A DNA stretch of 62,270 bases from Hyphochytrium catenoides (Eukaryota; Protista; Hyphochytriomycota). This document shows positions 25,770 through 38,556 of the stretch, one piece after another. The position numbers and the translations under genes are program-made. Each line of letters begins with the position of its first letter. Position 1 is the first letter of the stretch. Below the pieces are notes generated by a model that saw only the letters and a list, made by a program, of their open reading frames with translations, had not been told where the DNA came from and did no database searches. The DNA lies in the NCBI GenBank assembly GCA_900088475.1, contig FLMG01001718.1:1-62270 (forward strand). Reading direction: 5' to 3'.

Positions 25770-28700
25770 ATGCTTAGATTTAGTGTTGGAGATGCTGAAG
25801 AGTTTGATACGCGTGGCGGGATCATCCGCCTTCTACGCTCTGATACCGCCGAAAACACAGCGTGGCACCAGCGAGAAGAGCAGGATTTGAACTTCCTTTT
25901 AAATAATATAGGGCAGGTAAGACAAGGGGGTTATGTAGCAGCCAAGAGCGGGTCCGAACACTGAAGAAGGTAGAATAGAAAATATCCTTCAAACGCTCTC
26001 AGGAAAGAGCTTGACACGGCGCTCTCAAGCGTCTCAGGAACTGTTAGCAACCTTTTCCTATCTCACCCTCTTGCTATCCTTTGCCTCTCCATTTCAGATC
26101 CCTCTTCTGGAGATCTTCAATGTGATCTTACCCTCAGCTCTGACGGCGGCGTGTGAGCCCCCACGGGACCGACGACTGCTAGAGTACTTCATGCAGACTG
26201 AGGTGTGGCTCTTCCTGCCATCCCTCGTCGCTCGCGCGGCTGTCTCTCACTCTAACCTGCATTCCTCCAAAAGCTCATACCTTCCCTCCAAAGCTCATCC
26301 CTATGTCCATTACCTTTGGATACTCCCTTAAAACCGGCTTCTTTTCCCTCCGCGATTCTTTGGCACACGCCTTTGTGTCTCCGTTTCTTTCCGCTCTAAC
26401 GGCTGTTACGTTCCTTACCCTGCGTTGGCGGCTGGCCCCTTACATTTCCCTTCAATCTCTCTTCTCGGGGGCCTACTCTTTAGTTGCCTCTCTTTCACCT
26501 GCTTTTCCTCCCTATTCCATCTTCCTTTTTGCTACCTTCCTACTGATGCCGACCTCCTGGGCACCCACAGGTGGTTCTCATCATATTTCGCTGGGTGACG
26601 GAGGTTCCTTCTACTGCAAACGAGTCTGACCCCAATTTTGGGCAATACAAAGTCTCTCATATGGCGTCAGAGGTGGTCAGACTGCTCTACTGTGGCGCAG
26701 AGCTGCCTGTTAAATATCAGTATGGACCCCCAGCCTTTGACTCTCCTGACCTTCTCTGGGCACAAGAGCTCCTAAGGTTCACTATGAGAGAGCCCCCCTA
26801 TGACTCCGTGCTGATGACTTTGTTCAGGAAGGTAGGCGTTGCTGAGGGGCATCACACCATTCTCAACACATTCATTATCGCTCTGGGATGTACTCTAGGC
26901 TATTGTCTGGATGTCTGCTCTCTGCCTGTGGCAGCAGAACGCATAGAATTTTATCCATTGATTCTTTTTATTTTAACGTCCTTATCTAACCGACTTTACT
27001 CTGACACAGACCATTGAAGCTCTTCAACGGGCTGGTGTCCTCTGCTACGACATCACGGACGCTATAAGCGAGATAGTCTACGCAATAGACCAGGAACGGC
27101 CGAAAGGAAAAGACTTAAGAGAGAGCCGTGTGGATAAGAAGGCAGTACCTGTGGCCGAGAGACTAGTCGCCCACACATGCTGCGTGCAGATGAAAGAAAG
27201 TCTTCTAATGCTAATGCATTCGGGACGAGCTGACAAGACATGCACCTGCAAGCTTACTTACGCTCTACAAGAGGTAAAAGGGTTCTAGCTATCTCTTGGT
27301 GACTTGTGCTCTTTCTTCTGCTTTTACAACTGAAGTCCATCATCTCTCCAGGGTTCCATAGGGCGCTCTAGATCTGCACGTCTTTTGCCTGCCTCATATT
27401 GCGAACAATGTATCAACCCGTAGTACTCTTCTTTTCCAGTCCTCTACTTTTGTCTCTCTCTCTCTCCCCTTAACCGACAGGTGCATCTCACTCTGCAACG
27501 AGAAGACTCTACCCGCTTTGTCTCATTCTGCTTTTGTTCGCACCTTTAGGCTCTCCTGACAGCCCTTACCTCTTCACCTCCTCCCCGGTCGGAGTTGGAA
27601 AGTGACCAGCTGCATTTTCGTGCCCAACTGCTGCTGGAGATCTTGGAAGGCTTACGGATGGGTGCCTTCTATGTCGTAGAAGGCGGGAGAGAAGTCGCAA
27701 CCCATTGGGCTCAGGATCCTAACTCTAATAATGGTAAGATTGAGAAATTTCCGAAGAAGTCATGAGTGAGAGCGACACGACGTCGGCACCGGTGCCACCA
27801 GTAGAAGCACTGAGAGCGTGGTATAAGTTGGAGGTGCTTGAGATGGGTCTTAGACCGTACTTTGAGCTTCGTCCGTTTTGCTATGATGCTTTCTAATCGT
27901 CACACCAGGCATATGGACTCGCGATGGTCCTGAAGAAGAGGTTCTTATGCTTCGAGTGCATCTGTTTGCTTTACTGGTGAGGGCTGGCCGCATCCGCTGA
28001 ACGTCTGGGGCATCCCTCACTGCTTTCATGCTCTCCGCTCGGCTCTCTGCCATGGAGAATCCTGTTAAATCTTGGTTCTAAGTCCTCTGCCTCGACTGCT
28101 TTTCCTTTGTAGACCGAGAGGCCCCATCTAATCCATAAGCTCATCACAAAGTCTCTTGAGGACTTCCAGTTCTGGTGGGGGCAACTACCTGCCGGGCTTC
28201 TAATGCCTGCAAGTAAGGATTCTGAGCACCATTATTGTTAGAGGTTCAGCTTGCTAGAGGATCTTACAAACGGTTCTGTTCCTTGAGATACTCCTTAGAG
28301 AGAGCTCTTGCTTGAACGTTCAAGTCTTGTGTACTCTCCGCCATCCTGAGTTCAAACTTGCTTTCCCTTCATCTTCATGGTGATTCCTTCACCCGTAGTA
28401 CTGCCTAAAGTCTCATTCTAGTGCCTGTTGCCATTCCTTTCCGGGTTAGCTTAACTTCTTTATGTCGCTGACCTCTCCTTGCACTTTGAAAAATGTAACC
28501 AGCCCCGCTCATACGAGTTCTTAAGACATTGATTGAGAAGGTTAGAGAACCCATCGCCGGGATCTCGGACCTGCAGCTTTATATCGCAAAGCCCGGACAT
28601 AAGCCTATACGTAAGATATATAATCATGAGTGCATGGCCCCTCTTGACAGCTTCTATGTCCTTCATTTGGGCCGGTCCCTCAACAATTTATTCAGGGCTC

Positions 28701-31700
28701 TACTCTTTTCCATTGGCTATGATAATGCAGTCTGTTGCCTGTTCATTTGTGCAACCATCTACCTTTAACGTCTTTCCTAGCTTCTGTCAAAGGACCGGCC
28801 GCTCATCAGCATACGTGTTTCCACCCCACCCCCCTCCTCTGTGCACATGCTCGCAGTCAACGGTGAAGAGGTCAAGCCCAATCCGGCACATAAGACACCA
28901 TTTGAAGACAGTCTCCGGGAACATGTGATTGTTGCGCTTTGCCCTCTCCTCGTACCTATCTGTCAGTATCTCACAGGGTATTTGGAAGACAAGAAGGTAG
29001 GAATGTACAAGACAATAAAGGCAAGAGCCGAGAGAGAAAGAAAGATGGGGAAGGTAATACGGCCGGCGCTTTGGTTAGCGGAAGGGAGGTTTTTGGTGAT
29101 ACTCGAAGGTATCACTCCTGGAAACTGCGCTGATGTTCTCTTGGCTTGACTGTAGGCCTCACATCTTCCTGGACGTCTCACGCTGCTGGCGTTAGACTTC
29201 ATAGATTTTCTTTATGTGTGCGTGCGCTTGGCGGACAAGAGAGTCGATCAGGCACTGCTTGCGGCGAACCTCTCCTCTCTCCTCTTTCTCCTATTTGATG
29301 CGCACCCTAAGTCTTCACCACTCCATATAAAGGTAAGCTTCCGCTCTGTCTTCGCCTGTGTGTCACTATCTATCTCTTCCGTTCTCTTTCTCCCCTTTTC
29401 TGGCTCTCTTCACGGATTTTTTTGGCTCTGTACATGTCTAGTCTTTTTCCCTGTCGGTTTGTCTGTCTGTCTGTCTCTCTCCCTTTCTCTTCTTTCTTGC
29501 TTACCGTCTCTCTTCCTCTCCTTCCTCCTAAACCCTCCGTACATGGGTGCTCTGTCCGTGCACTAATTCAACCCCTCCGCCGCTTTATGCCTTTCACTTT
29601 CTAAACGTGTGCTGACCCCGTCACTACGGCTTTTCACTTGTGTCTCGTCCAGATCACTCAAGTTATCAAGCTTCTTATCACAGACCCAGGAGGCAAACGT
29701 GGCTCTCACTGCCCCTTGCAAGCTAGCTTTTTCTCCTCTTCCTTTTCTCCTGCCAATCCAGCTTCAGTCTCGCCCAGATCTTCTCTATTCTCAAGATCGT
29801 CGACCTCCTCTTTTCAAGAGCAAAGCTTACTTGACCGGATTGTTCGTGGCCTCTCTGATCAGTACATAGATAAGGATATTAGAGCGCATTTGGACGATCT
29901 TGGGCAGTGTATCGCGCTGTGTGTCAGGTCAGATAACTTTCTGCCTCCACCCCTGTTCTCCTTGCTTGGTTCTCCTACTAGCATGCGTTGCTAAGGCGTT
30001 TCTAGACGTAGGCAACTGCTTGACTGCCTGTCTCTCGTTCTGCTCTTTTCGTGCGCCAATGGATACTATTTCAAGCATCTTACATCTCTACTGCTCAATG
30101 TCTTTCTCAACCTGTTAGTGATCCTCGGACGTCCGCCCAGGCCCGGGTGGGCGAGTTCGCGCTTTCTCATAGCTCTTTTTCTGATCTATTGGAGGGAGAA
30201 CTGAGCCCTGAGGGAAGACTCTCAGCGACGAGGGATTCTATGGTGATCCCAACTTCCTTCGGAAGCCTGGAGAACATTGTGCAGGTGAGATGAGAGGCAA
30301 GAGGAAGGTCTTTGGAGGTAATGGTTCAGCAACAGAAGGAAAAAAAAGAGAGAGAAGACAGGCGATTGCTACTTGAAGCGATTGTCGGGGAGGAGACAAC
30401 CAATAGGTGGCATACATCGACCTCTCGCGACCACTAACTGGGATGTTGCGTGCAATAGCAGACCCCCTCTTCCTTCCAGCCGCGTCCTCGGGGTGACTCC
30501 TTTGAGGAGAAGTCTGCTTCAGTAGTGAGGTCCCCTAGAAGGCCGAGCGCTCCTGCCAAGATTTTCTCGATGCTAATTGGGGCAGCAGAGACGGTAAGGA
30601 CTGAGCTGCATAAGTTTCAATAAGTTGATAAAAAAGACAATGAGATGAAGAGAAGAGAAGCGTCCAGTGCCAGAGAGAGAAGACTGTTAGGCATCTTCCT
30701 CTTTTTCCTTTCATCCACATCCTTAGCTAGAGATGTCAAGCTGAAAGTGTCAAGCCAATGCTCGACGTTCTTATTTTGGAAGTGGTCTAAGACCTTCTCT
30801 CTGCATTTGCAGGTGGACCATTCAAGCATTATTCAAAGGGCTCGAGACTGCAGCGGCGTTGTGGTGACTGACCAAGAAATATCAGGCTATCTCTTTCGAC
30901 AAGCAGGCGCGACGTGGTCCAAGTATTTTGCCCTTTTTCAACGCGAGAAGTTGCGCCTTCTTCTATATTCAAATAGCGAAAGACGATCCTTGAAGAAGAC
31001 TGTGCACGTTAAAGGAGCCATTGAGTGGATATCTTTCGGGGCAAGCGACACCGACCCATCTGCAGGTAGTGCCTCTGCATAGCCAGCGTGAAAGATGAAA
31101 AGGAAGAGAAAAAGATAGAAGCAAGTAAATATCGTTGAGGGCGGAGAGAGAGAGAAAGAGAGAGAAAACCCTTAGCTGGACATAAGGGAAGAGCCATCAG
31201 AGACATAAGGGAGAGAGAAAGGATAGAACAAGACGAAAAGTGGAGGAGGGAGAGAGAGAGAGAGAGAGATAATAGCTAGGTGGACAGGTGGGCCAAGAGA
31301 AGAGCCATCAAAGCCATAAAAAGTGATGACTGAGGACAGCGACGACGACGGAAGAAGAAAATATGAGAGAAACCACTCCGTGATACAAGACTAAGAGTAG
31401 GCGCAGCGTAGTTCTCTTTCCCATGTTTTACTTTCTCAACACTAACTCCCTCTGCCGAACTCAGGAGTTCACGGGTTTCAGGTGTTGGGAAAGAAGGAGA
31501 CTCTCAACGTGGTCGTAGCTTCAAGGGCAGACAGGGAACTTTGGATGAAGAATATTCTCTATTCTCTAGAGGGAGAGCCCAGAGCAGAGAGAAAGAGTGA
31601 CGGAGAGAAAGGAGACGAGGAGGAGACAGGAGAACCACGCCGAATGCCCAGAGACAGTCTAGACATCTACATGGTAGATCAGGCTGTGGCGGACCTAAAA

Positions 31701-32025
31701 TGTAAGCTCTAGTGCAGGACAATGGGAAGCGACCTAGGATCTAAAGAAAGGAAAGAGAGAAGAGATCGGAGAGAGAAGAAAGAAGAAAGAAGGCATGTAT
31801 CCGTTGATGGTGGTCTCAGAGATCCGCATTTTTACTCTGCTTACCTGCTACCAATCCCTAAATTATGCTGATACGTGTGTCTGTCTGTCTGTCTCTTCTC
31901 TCTCTCTTCCTCTCTCTCTCTATGCTTCTCCTCCTCCAGCTATAGGAATCGTAGTAAACCCTTCCACTATTCCTGGGTCTGGAGATGAAGACACAGAAAT
32001 CAGCTCATCGAGCAACACGGAATAG
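25770..32025 (+). CDS. Divergent SIT4/PP6-associated (SAPS/PPP6R-like) protein with a C-terminal PH domain, about 17 exons
   Basis: SAPS-like segments: LNFLL..IPLLEIF..ACEPPRDRRLLEYF..IFRWVTEVP..QYKVSHMASEVV, PYDSVLMTLFRK and RVDQALLAANLSSLLFLLFDAHPKSSPLHIK. PH-like segment: ISGYLFRQAGATWSKYFALF..LLLY..HGFQV..LNVVVASRADRELWMKNI. Most junctions are in frame; the 27350-27550 junction is unresolved. Confidence 0.7.
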
Positions 32026-32406
32026 CCCTTTCAGCTTAATATCACTTGTAGCTTATATTCTCCTGTCGCTAGATAGTTCTTCTCTTTCTTTCTCTCTCTC
32101 TCCCTCTCTTCTCTCTCTTTTGTCTCTCTATCTCTCTCTCTTCTCCCCTTCCTTTTTTCGTAACGTCTCCAGCCATGCGCGGCAGCTGCAGTAGGCGACA
32201 GGGCACGAAAGATAAGCTATTTTCTTATTGTGACTGAGGAGCTGCGAGAGCTACGTCGCATTCCTTTTTCAAGTGTAACAATAAACCTTTCGTTCAACCA
32301 AGACTCCTTCCGCCATTCTCTCCCATCTGGTCCTCTATTGGCCCTAGGCTTCGCTCCAACCTCGAATGTTCCTGCGCTACTCTAACTGCAACCCTGTACT
32401 TATCCC

Positions 32407-34354
32407 CTAGACGATGCTATACTTGGCTGAGTCCAGCATAGAGAGTGGCGTTAACGTGCTGTCACTTCCAATTCGATCAGATGGAAGACCACCTGTTGAT
32501 CGTCCAATCTCCGTCACGTCCAGTTGGTCACAGAGCTTCCGCAGCCAGAAGCGGTCAAATGGTCCGCAGAGAAGAAGGAGGACTTCCTGTGCGATAGGGT
32601 CAAATAGAGTTTCCGGTACAGGAGGTGAGGAAGCCGGAGAGGTGGCACTGATCTTCTCTATAAACTCCAGAGCTTTATGCTGCGCAGCCTCAGAGACCTG
32701 AATCTGCAGCGTAGAGTTGTCGCTGAGATAGACATTCTTGATGTCCAATGCCATCTGGTTTCGTACATTGGACTTTGCAGCCTTGAACCGCAGATACTCC
32801 TGATAAAAGCCACTGAGATTGACGGCGAACTCCTCTACCAGGTACAGGTTGAACTCCTCTAGAATGCTAGGATTCTGCAATGTATTTTCCAGCTGGTGGA
32901 GCTTGTCCCCTCCTACACAGCGGACCAATACCGTCCCGTTATCCAAGTGGATAGAGGGCTTATCTTCCATAGTGTCCTTTTCATAGCGATAGGACGCGAG
33001 AACAGCAGAGAAAGAGATAAACCACGTGAAGAGATGGATTCCGAAGCCAAAGCTCAGGATGGAAATGCCATAGACGACCGTGAAGTTCTCCTTTGCGATG
33101 AGATCGTGAGAGATAGGGATCGTATCTACGAAGACAAAGGCGATACATATGGTCGTGGCAGCTCGGATTGCCCTTGCTTTCATTTTGAATGCTTCCTTGA
33201 CGTCCTTCAGCAAGTAGATAGCCGCAAAGACAGTGCCGGCAGAGAAGACGATGGACGTGGTGATATCGACTGGGGCCTGTTGAATCATGATAAAACAGCA
33301 GAAGGTAAGCATACAGAGCTACAGTGAGGGAAGCAGTCGGTCATCTTTGACAGTGGAAATAGGCCATGGTGCTCTCTAGAGATAGTGACAAAAAGAGATG
33401 AAGACAGAGAGAATGAGAGACAGAGAGAGGGAGAGACAGAGAGAGGGAGAGAGCAAAATAATTGAAAGAGAGATGAGCTGTAAGACTTACATCCATAGGC
33501 TGGAAATTATTGCACTCATCGCTTAGGAGAGAGGATCCCCAGTGCTCCCACACCCGCACTGCCCTAGGAATAACCCCTAGCCAGGTGAATCCCCAGGAGA
33601 GCAGCGCCGCGGGAAGAATGACCCGGTAGCTTCTCAAGAGATTGTAATGCCTTACAATCTTGGTATTAAGCCTTCCTCTAACGATATCCTGGTTGAAGTG
33701 GAAGTCTAACCAAAGCTTGTACACTAAGTAGAGAACCGAGAACTCAATGGGAAAGAGAGGGATGTCCCAGAAGAGAAGAGAGAACCAACAGGGCAGAGTG
33801 CTCCCTTCATCACTGAGAGGAAGCAGGGCCTGCCAGACAGCGAAGGGTATCAATAACTCATTGAAGGCAAGGAATGGGACGTTCAGCTTGATAAACGGGT
33901 AGCGGTTCCGCCTCAGGAACATTAGCACGGCTAAACATGGAGAGAGGACGAAGGAGAGTATGGTGAGGAGGACGGCAGGATAGTGCAGCCACGCAAGCCT
34001 TGCGGCTGCGTCATTTAAAGGGGCGGGGGGCTCCTCAGACGGAGCGGAGGACGAGGGAGAAGAGACCGTAGACTCTGTCTCTTTCTTCTCTTGCTGCTGT
34101 TCTGCTTTAGTAGGGGCCGCAGTGGTGGTTGGCGCTTCTGAAAGATGTCGACGAGCAAAGGAAGGGTAAACGAGAGAACGTGTTCTCGCTTGATCTGAGA
34201 GAGAAAGGGCCGAGGCTCCACCAGGAGGAGTTGCTGCTAGTGCCGCTAACAGAAGAAGAGAGACATGAATCAACTTTATGGGGGAGGAAGAAGTGGCGCT
34301 TCTGGTAGGCGCGGAAGGCGAACAAAGACGGCATCGAACGGCGGCCATCTTCAT
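32407..34354 (-). CDS. Seven-transmembrane RGS-domain protein (7TM-RGS), 2 exons, intron 33277-33490
   Basis: Signal-like hydrophobic segment, S/T/P-rich stalk, about 7 hydrophobic helices (MFLRRNRYPF, LPCW, VKEAFKMK), then an RGS fold pattern LENTLQNP...EEFNLYLVEEFAV...IKNVYL....LQIQVS...LFDPIAQEVLLLL...FDRF. Confidence 0.85.
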
Positions 34355-34649
34355 ACTTTTTCGTCTTGACGGACGCAAAGAGAAGATCTTTAGCCTTTCC
34401 TTCTCAAGAAGTGATGTCTGAGACGTGAGAAGTATGATAATGGCAGTGATGAGACCTTTTGAAAAGGGTGACAGACACCCCGGCGCCTCAAGACGGAGAG
34501 GAGGATGGAGGGGAAATGCGGAGACGAGCGAAGTCAGGCAGGGGGAGAGACAGACACAGAACGAAGAAGTGTGAGAGAGGAGCGATAAGAGTTAAAAAGC
34601 GAGGCTAAGAAGGAAAAGAAAGAGAGAAGAGTGACATCACCATCTAGAA

Positions 34650-34655
<6 letters not shown>

Positions 34656-34682
<27 letters not shown>
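34656..34682. repeat. (AG)n microsatellite
   Basis: Perfect AG run. Confidence 0.9.
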
Positions 34683-34688
<6 letters not shown>

Positions 34689-35521
34689 TGGGAGACAGAG
34701 GACAGTAAGGAAGAGGAGGAGTGGTGGCAAAGGGTCGCTTATTAGCTTCTCATTAGTTGTGGGAAGTGGGTACTTTTGCTGTGAGCCCTTGGTATGTTTA
34801 GGTTTATGGTCTCTTCTTCTCTTGCTGTCCTTCCTTCCTCGCAGCATCATCTACCAGTTCCCATGTTCCATCATCCACTATCAGAAGCCGTGCCCTGGCT
34901 GCTTCTTCATTGTCCTCCTTGTTGGGAGAACTAGGAACTAACTACTACCTCCTCTAGCCTTTCTCTCATTCTTCTTTCCCCCTCTCTCTCTTCTCTCTCA
35001 TTCCCAGCGTTCACCGCTGGTACCCACGGGGTCTCAGGGGGCAGACAGTGCGACCCTTGGGGGCAGAAAAGGAGATGGTTGCCTTTCTTTTCCTGACAAC
35101 GTTCTTCAGTCACAGTCGGAGGAAGATATCCTTTCGTTCTACTCCTTCTTCTCCTCCTACTGGTCTCGCCCACTCTTCCGTCCATCTGGGTCTCTGTCCT
35201 CCCCTGGACGGGTTCTGTCTAACAATAGCTCTTCTCACTTCCCTCTACTGCCCGTCCAACCGCCGCTCACTTCTCCTAACCTTGCCTTCTTCCTCCAACC
35301 GACTGGCGATGACTGTTCGCCTCCTCTGTATCTTCCCTTGGCTCCTACTCTCGGAGGAAGGACCTTCACTAGTTGGCTGCTCTGTTGTCTTCCCTCTTTC
35401 TAGATCCCGTCCCTTGTCAGACCTGCTTGCTCTTCTCCTCCTACCCCATCCTCCTCCCACAAAATCCTCAGGTCAGCAGCTCATCAGACATTCACAAGCG
35501 GTTTTCTCTTCTCCGACCCTG

Positions 35522-35527
<6 letters not shown>

Positions 35528-35573
<46 letters not shown>

Positions 35574-35594
35574 TTCTCTCTCTCTCTCTCTCTC
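35528..35594. repeat. (CT)n microsatellite
   Basis: Near-perfect CT run. Confidence 0.9.
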
Positions 35595-38556
35595 CCTCAT
35601 CAATCTATCACTGCCTGTGTCTATGCTCTGTTCGCCTAGACCTATCTCTGTCTGTCTCTGTCTGTCCCTTTCTGTGCCTCTATCTGGCTCTGTCTGTCAC
35701 CGCCCGTACCTCTACGACTGGCGATCTCAACCTCTTCTCTCTCTTCCTATCTAAACTTCTCTCTGTCTCTGTTTCTGTCTCTCTGTCTATATCTCTATCG
35801 CCGTCTGTCTCTGTCTCTTTTAGGTTCTCAGCCCACAGAACTTTACCCGCATTCGCCGTTTCAGATAATTACTGTAGCCTCTAGTTTTTACCCCCCAGAA
35901 ACTACCCCCTTCAATTTGTGATTCTCCTCCATATTATGTGGGAATCTCTATCTCTATTAGAGAGTGGGTGGTGGAGATTATATATGAGGGAGGGTGGGAG
36001 AGGAGCGATGCTTCTAGGCTTGAGCTTGAAGGTTCGTTGTTGTTGTTCTTGCTGTCTGTCGGCAATGGTAGTACGCCACATAATGATAATGATGATGAGA
36101 GGAGGAGGAGGAAGATGATGGGGCAGCAATGATAGATCTTCTATTCGATCTTCTGAGTCAGCTCAGGCTGATCATGTCTGTTTCCTTCTCCTCTCTTTCT
36201 TATCTTTGTTGTTGTCGTCTCCCTTCTTCTTCCTCATCTTTGTTGAGCCTCCTTCCTCCTCTCCGTCTTCTGCTGTTCTCTCTTCTTTTTCTTCCCTTCC
36301 TTCTTCAACCAAGTCGTGTGGTCTCCTACTATTACTATCCTATCGCTCCTTTATCTTCATCATCGGATAGGATAGACAAGGAAGAATAGCATGATGGTTG
36401 GTGGTGGAAGAGGAAAGAAGGGTACAACAGGGTCGGCAGTAAAGAGAGAAAAAAGGCATCTTCTCTGGTTATTCAGGGAAGAGGAGGAGAGAACGAATTG
36501 GGAGGAGGAGCAGCAAGAAGACTAAGGAAGTCTCATCTCGTTGCCCTCGTCTTAGGAGAACGATAATAATTTTAATTTTAAGGTAGCATTATCAGAAAGG
36601 TAGGCGGAAGAAGAAGTAATGGAGGGTAGGAAGATAGAGCTAAGGGGAGGGCCTTCCTATAGACTTTTTTTTTTTCGCCTTTTTTCCCACTCTTTGACTT
36701 CCTAGCCAACTCCACTACCTATCATAGCCTAATGTGCGAACCTCATTGTGGCGGTCCAAACAGCTTAGCATTCGGCCTTTCATCGATACCTTCTTCTCCC
36801 CTCATCCAGGAGCAGCTTTAGCCTGGATGTTGCACATCTCTATTAGATACGGCTGAACATCATCATCACGTTGTTGTCTTTACTAACTCCCCTTCTTACT
36901 ACATACGACAGATTGACACTTACTGTTACCTCACTTCTTCCTCCCAAATCCAAGCAACTATCCCTTCTCACAACATTAATCAAGCTACTTATATGCGCTG
37001 GGCGCCGCCGCGTCGAACCTACTACGGCAAAAGGCAGAATTATTATAGTTGTCGTTGTGGTTGAGGAGCGATTAAGTGACGTCTCATCAGTCCGCTGTCA
37101 TAGACGAGAGCCATGCTAGGCTGAAGTTCTTTCTGCTGGCTCAAGTTCAACATTGTTCCCAGGCATTGCGGCTGGCTGTTGGGACCCCCACCACCGTGAT
37201 TTCAATAAGGAAGGCTAATCACCAAATGTTGTCTTTATGTTTTCTTTATTAATATTGTGATCCTGAATTGTTGGGTGGATGGTGCGGCCACCGAGGACTA
37301 CTGATGATGACGATGATAAGAATCGAGGGCTCATGATGATGATGATGGATGAGGAGAACGAACAAACGAGCTTTGACTGCCAACCAGCAGTTGCCTGGTC
37401 GTCATCGACGATGTTCAATTTTTGTGGCTCTACTACGATCATTTCCCTCGACTACTAATGCGATTGGCACTGCTACAATATCCCTACGTAGTAGTAATGT
37501 GAGGAGTTTTCTACATGATGTCGTTTGATCGAACGAGGGAAAAAAGAAGTAAGGATGATCCTTGTTGGTAGGATAGTATAATGATGGCCAAAGAAAGTAG
37601 TCGAAGAAGAAGGAGGTATGTAGTAGCAACCACCACACTTCTTCTTGTGATTATACGATGTAGCATTCGCCACCACAACCCCTCCTCCCCCCTCCTCCCC
37701 CCAAAAAAAAATCACCTAATAAGACGAAGGCTGTCCTCCTTCTTTTTGTTCCTCTGCGGCGGCCATCATCGCTTCCACCACCCATCTAAGGTTGTCCTGC
37801 CTTGGCAGCAGAAGGATGCGGCGGCAGCAGCAGTAGTAGTAGCAATAATAATAGAACCAGCAGCAGCAGCAGCACGAGGAGGTTAAGCAGCAGCAGCCTC
37901 CGATGAAGAAAATGTGCTGCTGAATGATAAATAAGGATGATCATCATGGTGGTGATCATCATGATGATGAATGGTGAAGATTTCTGCGTCTCGATTTTTC
38001 TCTACACCCCACCCACCGCACACCAATCGATTACTAAATAATGCAAAATCACTGATAATCATTTCTTTGAGAAGTAGCCATCAATTTGTGATGCATCACC
38101 GGTTTCTATCCCAATCTCACGTTTATCTATCTTCTGGGGCAGCGATACGTCTCCGAGCTGTGTGCGGCGGATGCTTGGCGCTCCACCGAACACTCACTCA
38201 TCTGAAAATGAAGCATGAAGATACGAAGCTTTTGAAGCTCCAATGCCCAGTTCCGATCTCCATAATAGTATGGGGGAAGAAACATTCCATTAGGCCGCTG
38301 TCGATTGCCAGATTCTTGATACCTTGACGTGCTTGCCTCAGATCGATGTCTCTGGACCTGACTTGGCGATACTGATTTTCAAGTTGTGGTGGCTATCCAG
38401 CGCTTACGGCTGAGGTTCTTTGTAAGGTGAGTTGCTGCTATATTACCGAAAGGAGGTGTGAAGACTTACAGCTGCCCATGAGAAGGTGTTCCAGTCTATC
38501 CTTCTGGCGCAACGAAGGGTATTTGAAGGCTTGATTGAGCTATTTCAGAAGGAGAG

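Noticed and set aside
35048-35884. 278-aa ORF and other long S/L- or R/E-rich ORFs, including antisense and alternate-frame ORFs over PRP40
   Set aside because: These are by-products of CT/AG microsatellites or of low-complexity coding sequence.
36803-36829. 8-bp perfect hairpin CATCCAGG/CCTGGATG
   Set aside because: Several stems of this size are expected by chance in 62 kb.
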